Source: Dipteris shenzhenensis (lineage: Eukaryota). From it: DNA of 64,000 nt. This document shows, in pieces, positions 13,706 through 25,505 of this stretch; positions within the stretch are counted from its first letter, which is position 1; every line of letters begins with the position of its first letter. The translations under genes were made by a program, and so were the position numbers. The DNA lies in assembly GCA_047967505.1 (NCBI GenBank), contig CM106538.1. One strand, written 5' to 3'. Below the pieces are notes generated by a model. It saw nothing but the letters and a program-made list of their open reading frames with translations, was not told the origin of the DNA and made no database searches.

Positions 13706-13728
13706 CAAGGTTCTTCGACAATCTTACA

Positions 13729-14040
13729 ACCTGAGAAACTCACACGAGCTCAATTGAAGAACAAGGCAATGGAATTAGCCAAGGTTAAGGCTGCTAGGAA
13801 GGATGGAAAATGAGCGGTATACTGTGAAAGAATAGCAACTATCAAAGAGTTTAAATCCAAACCAAAGGACTCTCAGTCTTAAACTGATGTATGGCTGATT
13901 ATGTGAATTTTAGACTATTATGTAAATACTCTAAATAATCGGAGTTGCTTCTTGTACTCCTTGGGAGCTCCCATGCGCCCCTGTCCCATAGACCCATTGG
14001 TCTCCCATGGACATTAATAGACTCTCTCTCTCTCTCTCTC
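13729..14040 (+). mobile_element. 3' remnant of a diverged ORF1-only element
   Basis: Translates EKLTRAQLKNKAMELAKVKAARKDGK*AVYCERIATIKEFKSKPKDSQS*, homologous to the end of the 21325-21612 ORF. 3' hairpin at 13983-14019, then (CT)n. Confidence 0.75.
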
Positions 14041-14642
14041 ACCCGCTCAGCTCCCTCACCCGCTCAGCTCCCCCTCAGCCTCTCCCGCTCGCAACAGCTC
14101 CCTCACCCGCTCGCAACAGCTCCCTCACCCGCTCAGCCTCTCTCGCTCCAGCCTCTCTCGCTCGCAACAGCTCCCTCACCCGCTCAGCCTCTCTTCTCTC
14201 CCCTCGCAACAGCTCCCTCACCCGCTCAGCCCCTTCCCCCTCCGCCTCTCTTCTATCCCTCACCCACTCAGCCCCTTCCCCCTCCCCCTCCGCTTGCGAG
14301 ACGCCCCTTCCCCCTCCCCCTCCGCCTGCTGTCTCGCAACAGGCTCCTCGTGCCTCAGCTTCTCCCTCGTGCTCAGCCCCGCAACAGCTCCCTCGCAAGC
14401 CAACAGCTCCCTGCGCAAGCCTCTGTTGGAAGGGAAGTTTAAGGAAAGTCTTAAACTTCTCTCCCCCCCCGTGTGAATAGACTTACAGCAAGTGTCCTTA
14501 AAGCGCAGGAAAAACAGCGCAGAAAACAGAGCAGTTTTGAGGGCAAAAGGAGGCAGTTTTGAGAGCAGAGAATTCAGCAGCTCCACCATGGCCCTTAGAG
14601 GCAGTTTTGAGCAGAGAATTCAGCACTTCCAGGAGTAAGGAG

Positions 14643-16220
14643 ATGCCACAAACAAGGAGCTCCACCATGGCCCTCCAAGGAGCAAAAGTAGAGAAAGATA
14701 AAAGCATAGGCAGCAGTACAAGAGCCGAAGAGGTAAGTTCTTCTTTACCCTTAACATCTCCTTCCCCACCACCTCCAACGACCTCCCTTGCCTCCACCCC
14801 AACCCTTTCCTACCCATCTACTTTACTCAATCCTCCTGTGGCTCCGATCCCATCTCCTTTACTTCCATCTCCCCCATCACTTCCGGTCACCTCCCTTGCC
14901 TCAATCCCAACCCTTTCCTACCCACCTCCTCTACTCAATCCTCCTCCTCTCCCTCCTTCAGTCTCACCTCCTCCTCTTGCTCCCGTTCATTCCTCCCTAG
15001 CCCTTTCCCTTGCTTATTCCTCCCCTCTCCTAGTCCCTACCCATCCTCTTCCTTCCTCTTCCTCCCCTCCCCTAGTCCCTACCCATCCTCTTCCTTCCTC
15101 TTCCCCCCCTTCCCTATTCCCTACCCAGCCTCCTCCCTCCTCTTCTTCCCCTCCCCTAGTCCCTACCCAGCTTCTTCCCACCTCTCCCCACCGACCCTCC
15201 CTTTCAGCCCCTTCCTCCCCTAGTGTAGGCTCTTCTTCGGTCCCTGACTCCCTACTTCCTTCTACCGGATCTCTCTCTTCAGGACCTCCATTTTCTGCAC
15301 CCCTCCTTTACTCACCTTCTTACCCTCTTACCCCCTCATCCTTGTACCCCCTCTCCCCTTCACCAGCGGAAGCAGTCCTGGCAGATAATCTGCGATTGAG
15401 AGATTTAGTTATGCAGTGCATGGAGACTTGCAGACTTCAGGGCGCTGCGATTCAGTCTCTCACAGCACAGATACACACACTGACTGATCAGTTATCGACA
15501 GTTGAGAGTCATAGATCTGATCAGGACTCCCATATTCGCCAGCTTCATACCAGAGATATTGATCGGGATATCTAGTTACGGACACATGCTGAGCGCATAA
15601 TGCAGCTGGAGACACGTATTCAGGAGCATGTTGTGGCATGCGATGATCGCCTCCAGCAGCTGCATGTAGCTCCTCCAGCTAGTGCAGCAGTTGAGGAGAG
15701 GTTGGCCACACTGCAGACAGAGGTACAGAAGACCTCAGAGTGGGTGGACGTTGTGCATAGAGCCCCACAGGCCCAGCAGACCACAGTCTCTGAGACTATT
15801 GCCGAGAGTCAACGGCGAGCTCAGAAGGTCCTCAACATCCGCATCCGCGGAGTTGAGCGATCAGATACGAGATCAGCCATGGATCAGGCGACAGATTTCA
15901 TATCTGGGACACTCGGAGTTCAGGATCATGGCATAGTAGCTGCATATCGAGTGGGCCGGGATCCAGCACGGCACCAGCCACTTATCATCAGATTCAGAGA
16001 TGCTGAGGCCCGTCTCGCAGTATTACGAAGGAGATCCAGATTGAGGGACCATCCACAGATTCACATGGATGAGGACCTTACAGCTCTTCAGTGGGAGGAG
16101 CATAGACGTCTCATTGCACAGAGGGATGTTGCCCGTCGTGAGGGCAAGTGGGCCGTGATCAGAGAGGGCAGACTTTTGATAGGAGCTATGCGATCTAGAC
16201 CGGCTGGAGCCCACAGTTGA
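14643..16220 (+). pseudogene. LINE ORF1p: Pro/Ser-rich region, coiled coil, RRM/CTD (Transposase_22-like); one in-frame TAG at 15573
   Basis: NIRIRGVE...AYRVGR...PLIIRF...IHMDEDLT. The ORFs on either side of the TAG are in the same frame. Confidence 0.85.
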
Positions 16221-16259
16221 CGACACGAGGCCTATGGGACACGTAGTCTGCCAGATAGC

Positions 16260-19200
16260 TTGAGTTTCGCAGTTTGGAACTGTAATGGTTCCCTCACAGC
16301 TCAGCCTGGCAACTTACGAGAGGCCTTTTTTGATCAGGACATCGTCTTCTTTACAGAGACCCATGAGAGCCCAGAGAGAGGCTTGCCGCAGGTGACAGGG
16401 TATGCCTGGGAGTCTGTCTTTCGACAGCAGACTAGACGATCAGGAGGAGTCAGAGGATCTGGCGGTGTGGCAGTTCTTTATAGAGAGCATCTCAGATCGA
16501 TACTCACAGTCATGAGCAGAGACCATCGGGCCAGATATCTTTGGGTACGGATCAAGAGACCCCCCCTGAGAGACTTGTTTATTGCAGTATGCTACTTTCC
16601 CCCGAGACAGTCTCGTTATGCCTCAGATGGACCAAGACAGTCACCTTTTGAGGATTTGTCAGCCGATGTATTGGAGTACTCACGCCGCGGAGAGGTCATC
16701 CTTTTAGGAGACTTCAACGCGAGGACATCAGACAGACAGGCAGAGATTTTGGACTTTGCTGAGGATCCAGTCTTAGTCCCAGCTGCCCCAGATGAGAGTT
16801 TTCCACGCTTATCTTCAGATAGAGGGGTAGAGGTGACAGATCAGGGACATCGCCTATTGGAGCTTCTCTCATCGCACGGCATGGTCATTTATAATGGACT
16901 TCGACAGTGGCCGCATTCATCCACAGCCACATGTTTTCCCTTCGCGGGTGGTGGTACGAGCGTCATTGATTACGTCTTGGGTCCCCCGACTTTAATCCCT
17001 TTTGTACATAACCTCACAGTCGACCCTTTTATGCCTTCAGCCGATCATGCACGTCTGCACTTTATTCTTACCCAGATTCCTCATGCCCTCCCTTCTAGAC
17101 ATCATGAGCGTCAGCCATACTATGAGGTTCATTTTGACCACCAGTTTGATGATATTTATAGCCAGCACCTGAGTGGTCTTCTCCGTCCGCACCTTCTCGA
17201 TGCCCTACCCTCCACACAGGATCGGTGGGACCTTGTACATACCTCCATCATCTCAGCAGCCCACAAGTCCTTCCCCGTCACTTGCCACACATCCAGTCCT
17301 CCACCAGTCGGTCTTGTGCCTTGTAATGGATGGTATGATGAGGAGTGTAAAGAACTCCGCAGGAAGCTTCGCCTTGAGACACAGGAGAAGTCTCCCCTCC
17401 TCATTGAGACCAAGAAGAGTTACAAGCGTTTGGTGCGACGCAAAAAGTGCCAATTTCTAGCCCGGAATGAGGAGGAGCTGAGAAGTTTACTTTTCAGCTG
17501 TGATTCCAAGGAATTCTGGAAGAAATTCCTTCGCTTGAAATCTCAAACTCCTCTTACAGACCCGCAGGTTTGGCTTGCCTATACTTCCACTTTATATGAT
17601 ATTCCAGACCAGCCACAGATCGACTTATCCCATGTGCCTAGACCCACCTCCTCTGCCTTATTCTCATCCAATAGTGTCCGAGCAGCAGCTCATCGTTTGA
17701 AGACTGGGAGAGCTAAGGACCATGATGGATTGCAAGCGGAGTATGTAATCCATGGGATTGATGCCTTAGCTACAGTCCTCTCCCGTCTTTTTAACGAGTC
17801 CATTTGTACAGGTCTTCCACCTAGTTGGCTAGAAAATACCATAGTACCCATACACAAGTCGGGGGATCCTTTGGAGGCGTCGAACTACAGGACCATTATG
17901 ATTGGCCATGTCATGGCCAAGATTTATGCGACCATTCTAGAAGGACATATAAATGACCATGCCGAGGCGACAGGCATGAGAGCTAGAGGGCAGGCAGGAT
18001 TTCGTGCAGAGCACTCGACTCTAGATCATATCTTCACACTCAGGGCTTTGATTGAGGAGGCGAAGTCACGTAAGCAACGGCTCTATTGTTGCTTCGTGGA
18101 CTTCAGAAAGGCATTTGACACTGTGCCGCGTTTCAGACTCTTCCAGCGACTTCGTGACTTGGGATTCAATGGGGAGATTCAATGGGCGATCATGGCCTTG
18201 TATGAGAGAGTCACAGGTAGAGTCAGGACACGGGCGGGGCTGTCGGCGGAAGTACGCAGAGTACGATAGGGGTGAAGCAGGGGTGTCCTTTGTCTCCGAC
18301 ACTCTTTGGTCTCTATATCGATGAGTTAGAGATGTACATACAGACGATGGGTGGTACAGGTTCTTTACTGGCAGGATCCACGATACCGATTCTCCTCTAT
18401 GCAGATGACGTGGTTCTTATTTCTTACTCCCAGCAGGGTTTACAGGCACATCTCCATGCACTCCACAGCTTTTGTCAGGACAGAGGGTTGTCTGTAAACC
18501 TTGGGAAGACCAAAGTCATGGTCTTCAACACGTCATACCAGGTTTATAGGAGAGGCGAGTTCTCTTTCACATTTGATGGGCAGGAGGTGGAGCTAGTTAG
18601 GGAGTATACATATTTGGGTGCCACATTTAGAGGTCCAGTCTTCACCATGACGCATGCAGCACGAGATAGGATCAGTAGAGGGTATGCCGCCTTGGCTCTT
18701 CTCGAGAGGCAGTGTGCACAGTCACATTTTCAGCATCCCGACACGAAGTCCTTACTTTTTGATACGCTGGTGAGACCTGCAGTCATGTATGCTAGCCCCT
18801 TTTGGACAGGAGATCTCAGGGTTGCAGATTGGAGACGAGTAGAGAGGTTACAGATCATCATGTTCTCCAGATTGATCAGAGCGAAGCCCACGGTACCGCA
18901 TCAGATTACGTTCGCAGAGTTCGGAGCTACACCCCTAGCGCTAGATGCAGCATTTCAGTCAGTTACGTACTTGCATAGGATCAGGGCGCTCGGAGACTCA
19001 GCAGCAGGCAGAGCACGATTACCGTGGCTAGCACTGACATCCTCGCAGATGTTAGCGGAGAGAGGTCATACTTTTTGTTGGTACCACACACTCTCCACAT
19101 GGCTCACCTCGCTGGGCTTGGATATGGATAGGCTGCCACCATTTCGATACAGCATAGATGCCCCTCGCCTCCCTCTCACTCGACATGAGCTCAGCCAGGT

Positions 19201-20029
19201 TATCAGGGCAGATTTGTTGCAGCTACACACGTTTCGCACTTGGGTTCATCCCACGGAGCTTCCTACGAAGATGGCCACATATCGTGACCATTTTCTCAGG
19301 ATTTCAGAGGATGGCTTCATCATATCCCCAGGATATATCGGCGTTCATATGTCGCACTCACTCAGGATTGCCTTGGGCCAGCTCAGGGTATCTTCCCACA
19401 GATTAGACGTTGAGGCCGGCAGGATGCGTCGTACAGCTACCGGACATAGACCCAGGCGAGAGACTAGGATATGCCCTTGTTGCACTATGGGGGAGGTGGA
19501 GACTGAGGAGCACTTTGTTTGCAGATGCCCTTTATATTATGAGATCCGTGGCAGATTTCACTGTTTATTTAGGCACGGATTTGGACCTCTCTCTCGGATT
19601 ATGGAGTATGAGGATCAGTATTGCTTAGCGTTGTTCATCAGGGAGATCACCAGATACAGAGAGAGATTCCTCAGAGAGCACCGTCGCATCCCTGCCAGAG
19701 ACCTGGTTATTCATGAGGAGCAGGACGAGGCGCAGGACCATGAGCACAGAGATAGCCCATCTTGCCAGAGAGCACCGATGGTTCCACCCCGAGGATGTAC
19801 ATATGACATGATCCGGCAGCACCGCAGGATGATCTTACACAGAGGCCGTACCCGTCGCTTTATTTCTAGACGACGGAGGATGATGGCAGATTTTCGGAGG
19901 AGATTGCTCCATGGAGACTTGGCACCGCCAGCAGCCCATTTGACACTTGCCCAGATCTTCACACTCATGGCAGGAGGCATGGTCGATGGCCATGACTTCC
20001 ATCATTTCTTTGGATCACAGACCCCTTAG
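16260..20029 (+). pseudogene. LINE ORF2 (APE, RT, C-terminal CCHC); single frameshift near 18258
   Basis: WNCNG, ETH, LGDFNART, VIDY, SADH; NYRTI, QAGFR, VDFRKAFDTV, GVKQGCPLSP, YADD; SSHRLDVEAGR...RICPCC...ETEEHFVCRC. Removing 2 bp restores VRSTIGVKQG. Confidence 0.93.
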
Positions 20030-20275
20030 GGAAGACGATGTTCCTCATATTTCATATTTTACATTTTGTATCTAGGCAATTTTGGTACTCTATTTCATTT
20101 CATTTTGTATCTAGGATTTTTGTAGCCATTTTTGCCATCTTAGCGGTATTACGATGAGGCCACCTAGTTGGCGCATCGTTGATGATGTATTTTCCTTTCG
20201 GATGATTTTGTGTCCCATAGGCCATGTATGGCCTTCCGTGGACCTTTAATAAAATTTCTTTCTTTCTTCTTTCTT

Positions 20276-20315
<40 letters not shown>

Positions 20316-20318
<3 letters not shown>

Positions 20319-20432
20319 TGCTATCTTGTATGCAGAGTTCTTGATGTCCCATGGGCCCTTTTTGGCCTCTAGTGGACAATAATACACTTTCTTTCTTTCT
20401 TTCTTTCTCTCTCTCTCTCTCTCCCCCCCCCC
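20316..20432 (+). repeat. Extreme 3' stub of another element of the hairpin family, with (CTTT)n(CT)n tail
   Basis: GTCCCAT-GGGCC...GGCCT-ctag-TGGAC-aat-AATA followed by the microsatellite. Confidence 0.7.
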
Positions 20433-21950
20433 GGCGTAGCTCCTCACTCCGTCTCCTCACTCCGTCGCTCAGCCTCGCTCCCAGCAAGTTTTCATCCCCC
20501 TTGCTCAGCTTTTAGCCTCCCGTTCAGCCCATTTTTCCCCTCATTTAGCCCGTTTTCATCAAGCAGGTCCACCAAGGAGTTCACCGCAACACGCTCTCTC
20601 GTCTCAAAGAGAACAGAGCTGCCGCTCAGGTCCCCCCACATTCTGCCAGGTCGTCTAAACAAAGCAGAGCCACCACTCAGGTCATCATTGTCTTGCCAGA
20701 GCTCTCTCAGCCCCTTCTTTTCACTCAGGCCTCTCCTGTCAGAACTAGTAGCAGGCTCCCAGGTGAGTGGAGGGACTGCGAGTGGGCTGAAACCCCCCAG
20801 CCCATCTCGGGGGTTAACTTGCAGGAGAGGGGTCTTTGTGATCTGCACAGGCCAACATGGAGACTCCCAAGGTGCCCAAGCCCAAGGCTTTCAACCCCGC
20901 CACCCCCGTGAAGCCCTTGAAGCCCCTGTATTCATTTGTTGCAGGTTTTACCCCAACTCCCATCTCATATGCGAAAACCTATCACACGATGAAGCCCGCC
21001 CCCTGATCCACAAGAGCGTATCTATCACCTAGAACTTTAAGTCTGCGAACTCAGACTTCAGCTTGCAGCTTTGGAAAGGAAGGTCCACGATATGGAGGGG
21101 AATGGAAAGCAAGAGGTCATCAAGGAGGTGCTACAATGGGGAAATGCATCTCCCCCAACATCAAAAGTGAACAAAGTTGATCTATACAGGGAAGTGAAAG
21201 AGCAGCAAACCAGAGAAGACAACAAGCAGATCTTGCATGTGGGGGGGGGGGGGTACCAAAAGGTTGCCTTGATACAAAGGAGTTCATAGAAGATAAGATC
21301 CATTGCCTAAAAAAGATACCACAAGTGGAATGGGATCCAGATGCTATCTGGAATATTGAACCGAGGGGAACACAAATACGAATCACTCTCAATGACAAGG
21401 CAGCCAGGACCAAGATTCTCCGAGAAACACACAAGCTCAAGAGGACGAAGATATGGATATCTGAGGAACTCACTCCGACACAGCTCAAGCAAAGAGCCAC
21501 TGAACTCGTAAAGGTGAAAGAAGCCAGGAAAGCAGGAAAGTGGGCAGTCTACCGAGATGGGATTGCACTAACTAGAGATCTCGTATCTAAACCTAAAGAC
21601 CCTCAATCTTAATCCGATGTAATGAAGGCCATTTTTGATACAGTACTATGACTTACACGTGTCCTAAATAATCTCGAGCTGAGTTGCCATTCCACTCCTC
21701 GAACCTCTGAGTCTCAGAGATGCAGTAGTGACTCTTTTTGGTGTGTACTCTGTCTTATAGTCCCGTGAGGGCTTCTGAAGCCGTTAATATATCATTCTTT
21801 CTTTTATTTCTTTCTCTCTCTCTATGCTCCTCCTCTATACCTGTCCCATCTCATCTCCTAGAGGCACATATTGGGGTCAATAAGGCTTAACAGGGTACCC
21901 CTCTCTTGTGCTATATTTTGATAATTCGAATACTACTTCTCACTCTCCCT
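20433..21950 (+). mobile_element. ORF1-only non-autonomous element, copy 2 (more complete)
   Basis: Begins directly after (CT)n. Frameshifted ORF1p-like ORF ends KPKDPQS* at 21612. Hairpin at 21752-21790, CT tail, then a further 130 bp shared with copy 1. Confidence 0.85.
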
Positions 21951-23412
21951 CATCTGTCTATAAGCCAAAGGCCGCTGAGGATCTCGTTGATGTCTTCCCT
22001 GGTTTGCTTACATACTTGCACAAAACTGGTCAACAAATCCAATCGTCAAGCAGTATTTCACAAATGGCTGTTCTAGCCTCATCGTTTGTGTCTCAATCAT
22101 TTTATGGATGGGTGAATAAGGCTTTCACCAGCCCACAGACCAAAGGTGTTAAGGACAAGAAAATCTTGAGAGTTGGAATAAGAGAAACACAGTAAGAGTG
22201 AGTTTTGTAGGTAGACAAAACTCCTAATTGATGGCCCAAATTCCTGAATGATGGCACTAGCTCAAATTTGTCGATTCTCTTCAATCCAAATGAGACAACA
22301 AAGATAGATTGACCTTTCGGCCACAAAACAGACAGGAATCATTGTTTCAACCACATAATTTCTCAACAGGTAACTCAGGAGCCCGAAAACAAAACAGTAA
22401 AAACAAACAGGCACTCACTTTTCTGTCATTGATGTTGACAACAGAAACACTCTCCACAGCCTTGTCCCTACAAAGTCCCAAACCCTTAATGTGAGTAGGC
22501 CGCGTGGAAATCCAAGTACTGAAGCACACTTAGCTTGTCCAAACTTTTACTGCAGCACGTGTAGCTAAGAACAATCTTAACTAAAGAACTAAGATACCTT
22601 ACAACAGCCTCAGTCGAACAATTCGCTCCCGCAATTGAAGAGGCCCTTGACAGAAAATCCTGCAGCAAAAAAATTTGTAGAAATGAAAACTCCAGTCAAT
22701 TTGTATAGGCAAAAGCAATAAAGAGAATGGCCAGGTTATCTGCCAAATAATAATGACGTTTGTGAAAAAGGAGTTGCTTGAAATAAAGAAGTGCCTGCCG
22801 TGTCAGATCTGGGCATGATGGAAGGAAATTGAAAAAGGAGCGAGATGACAAGGCAAATTTGTGGAATGTGGGGTTAAAAGGCCAGCTCTGTTGGGAAGCA
22901 GCAAACATTGAAATAGAAACTGGTTGCTGAAGAAGATTTGTGGTTACTAGACTGATGGACGGTTATCCAGATTCAATCTTTGGGCTCTCTGATCAACTGC
23001 TTGGACAAACACATTGAAGCTAGACGGGCAGTCTAACATTGTTCAAGTTGCGAGCGACCAATGTCTACGGCCATCAAACGTTGAGTACGTTTCGTATATG
23101 GAACAAAAAGAGGACATAACTTCTAATCTTCCCTATGCTGGGAGGGCAATATGAAAAGATAAGAGGACTTGCCTTGAGCTTTTCAGAGAATTGTGCCTTA
23201 ATACCTTTGAAGCTGACAGTAGATAGATGAGCAAAAATACATACAGTTCTTTCTAGTGATTCTAGGTTCAGGAAGAACGAAACTGTCCTCTTGGGGGGGG
23301 GGGGGAGAACGAAACTGTGCCCACCAACTAAGGTTCGTCCATACTTTATCATTGGCGGAAAAAAGAGTCCTGCGATCAAACCGGTTATAGATATTAGAAC
23401 TGAGAAATAAAC

Positions 23413-23967
23413 CTGCTGCACTTGCACGACACGGGATTGGATTGCTTTCGCTCCCACTTGTAAAGATGAGGGAGGCTGATGAGTGGATTGGCCTTCAGCG
23501 GGGGCATCTGCGGTAATTTGCGCGCCACGACCTGGGTGGGTGGAAGCTTCTGTTGAGACTGAGACAAGAGGAAGAGAAGCAGTATGCCCGGATCCGGAAG
23601 GCACATACCCAAGCGTTTGATTCCTACCCTGTTGCTGCTGCATGGTAATTCTCGGTGATGCGAGATGATGAGAATTCGGCCTTTGATGCAGCTGTTGGGG
23701 CTGGAGTGGTACAGCCCTGGGAATTTGAGATTGCTGCTGAGACCCGAAATTTGCAACTACCTGTGCAGATGCAGAGCCAGAGCCGACCATACTCTGGGGA
23801 AGTGGGTTGGAATTACTTCTAGAGACGGGATGGATTTCGGCATTGTGCAAAACCCCCTGTTGATGGTGTTGCTGAATATGATGGTGCTGCTGCTGAGAAA
23901 ACGCTTCCGCAGGTGGTAGCTGAGGTACATGAGCAGGCAGCTGCAGGGCTGGCTGGTGATGCTGCAT
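23413..23967 (-). CDS. Putative first coding exon of an unidentified Gln/His/Pro-rich (disordered N-terminus) host protein
   Basis: Open frame MQHHQPALQL...SRVVQVQQ in CpG-retaining, non-TE sequence. Candidate donor CAG|GTTTAT at 23413/23412. No domain recognised; start and donor are uncertain. Confidence 0.55.
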
Positions 23968-24914
23968 GGAAGGAGCGTTAATAGCCAACTCAAAAAGGCA
24001 GAAAGGCTGTTCCTCTGTAGCCAACGCTGTGGCCAGATGTTGACGGCCTTAAGAAAATCCTCGAATTTACCCCTGCATAACGTCGAGAAAAATGCCCGTG
24101 AAAGCAATTGGCATCTGTTGCGTCTTCTGTAGAGATCATGTAGCCAGACAGATCCCCTGCTCTCCCAAGGATCGACCTCTACAGACGATGAAAAAGGGGA
24201 CCTAGGAGACCTTCCTAACCGACCGACAGCTTCCAAAGGATACTCCTAAAAGCAATTGCCTTGCTCCTGCTTCTGTACAGATTGCTTAGCCAGTTCGGAG
24301 TTCTCCTTAAATCTGGAGCGAGGATGCTAACTTCGTTAAGGAGAGGCTACGTGAAGAAACGCTGACGCTGCCTGCATCCATGGAGTACCTTTACGAGGTT
24401 CGAAGTTGGAGCAAATCTGCGAAATAAGAAGCAGGCTCGAACGGTTCGATTGGTTCGCAACATCGACGGAAGGAATCGGGGGCCGGATCTCTGCAATGGA
24501 TTGTCGGAAAGAGGCGGAAGATGATACGATGCAAAAGAGATCCCATTGGCGCAATCACCCATTTGAATTGCATCCCGTGGCTTTGAATTTTTGAATTTGT
24601 TTAGCAACAAATAGCTTCTTAATACTAGGCACCGTATATCCTCGGTGACCCCATCATTCACTATACAAGGTCTTTACACATTATGCTCACCCATCGTTCA
24701 TTGAATGCATCTCCGTTATCAACTCAACTTGGGCGAACAGTCTTGCTTGTCCTTGAATCACCGCCCGCGTTTGTAAACACTCTCAGATGCAAAGGGATTT
24801 GATTGGATCCCCTAGCACCACACATACAATGCCCATTTCATGTAACCAGCCCAGTCCAAATGGTGTCTCCTTAAGCCACATGTGCATGTAGGAACCGTTG
24901 GATTTTCTATGATC

Positions 24915-25111
24915 CAAGGGCTTTAGAGTACAGAATATGATACTTCCCATTGTCTTTTTGTCTTTCCATTGCTTGTTACAAACTACGGGCACCCATGCCT
25001 AACCATGGTGCATTGAATGCATTTGGGTCATGCGCTAGACATGGGCGGACTATCTTGCCCATCCATAAACCACGGGCATTCCCACAACAAGGTAGTTTGT
25101 AAAAACCCTTG
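24915..25111. mobile_element. Possible old hAT-type MITE upstream of the Gln-rich gene
   Basis: Imperfect TIRs CAAGGGCTTT...AAAACCCTTG; the TSD is only weakly matched. Confidence 0.35.
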
Positions 25112-25379
25112 GCTTGATTCGACCTCCTAGCACTAGACTTGCAATGCCATTACACATGAAATAAACACAACTCACCCTATCTGAGCAATGATGCACCTGG
25201 TACACAATAGATGCTTCGAACATAACATATGTGTCAATGTGAAACATTCTTAGATCAAATTTGCAACACAACACAAATACAATTAGAAGAGAACAGTCCA
25301 TGATCATTTGCAAAGTATAAACTCAGTGTTTCTATTACCCTTCCCATCAACGACACGAATTACATGAGGGATTGATTTG

Positions 25380-25505
25380 GACTAAAGGACAAGCAACCAA
25401 TTATCAAGGGAGTCCTTCCTTGAGCCTGCCCAACGTGTGATGCCAGACTTGAACCTCGAGCTTTAATCTTCCAAGCTACCTCATCATGGACTATTAGCCT
25501 CTAAG
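25380..25505 (-). mobile_element. Possible decayed tRNA-derived SINE
   Basis: B-box-like GGTTCAAGTC on the minus strand, with a weak A-box-like segment about 30 nt upstream. Confidence 0.25.

Larger units (their letters stand above)
14041..20315 (+). mobile_element. Near-intact RTEX-like (RTE/L2-group) LINE embedded in (CT)n
   Basis: (CT)n on both sides, tandem-repeat 5' UTR (CTCACCCGCTC / GCAACAGCTCC units), ORF1 and ORF2, 3' hairpin, AATAAA and (CTTT)n(CT)n tail. Confidence 0.9.

Noticed and set aside
14041-14410. Short repeats with variable spacers as a CRISPR-like array
   Set aside because: Eukaryotic context, spacers are themselves repetitive, and there are no cas genes. This is the LINE 5' UTR.
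1-21950. Repeats 1-1340 and 20462-21950 as the two LTRs of one 21-kb retrotransposon
   Set aside because: No TG start, PBS or PPT next to them. They encode a LINE ORF1-like protein and end in hairpin plus CT tails, and the interior is unrelated nested elements.
23074-23412. Hydrophobic continuation of the 316-aa ORF as a transmembrane tail
   Set aside because: Composition shifts to T-rich intron-like sequence right after a candidate donor, so it is more likely intron read-through. Not excluded.
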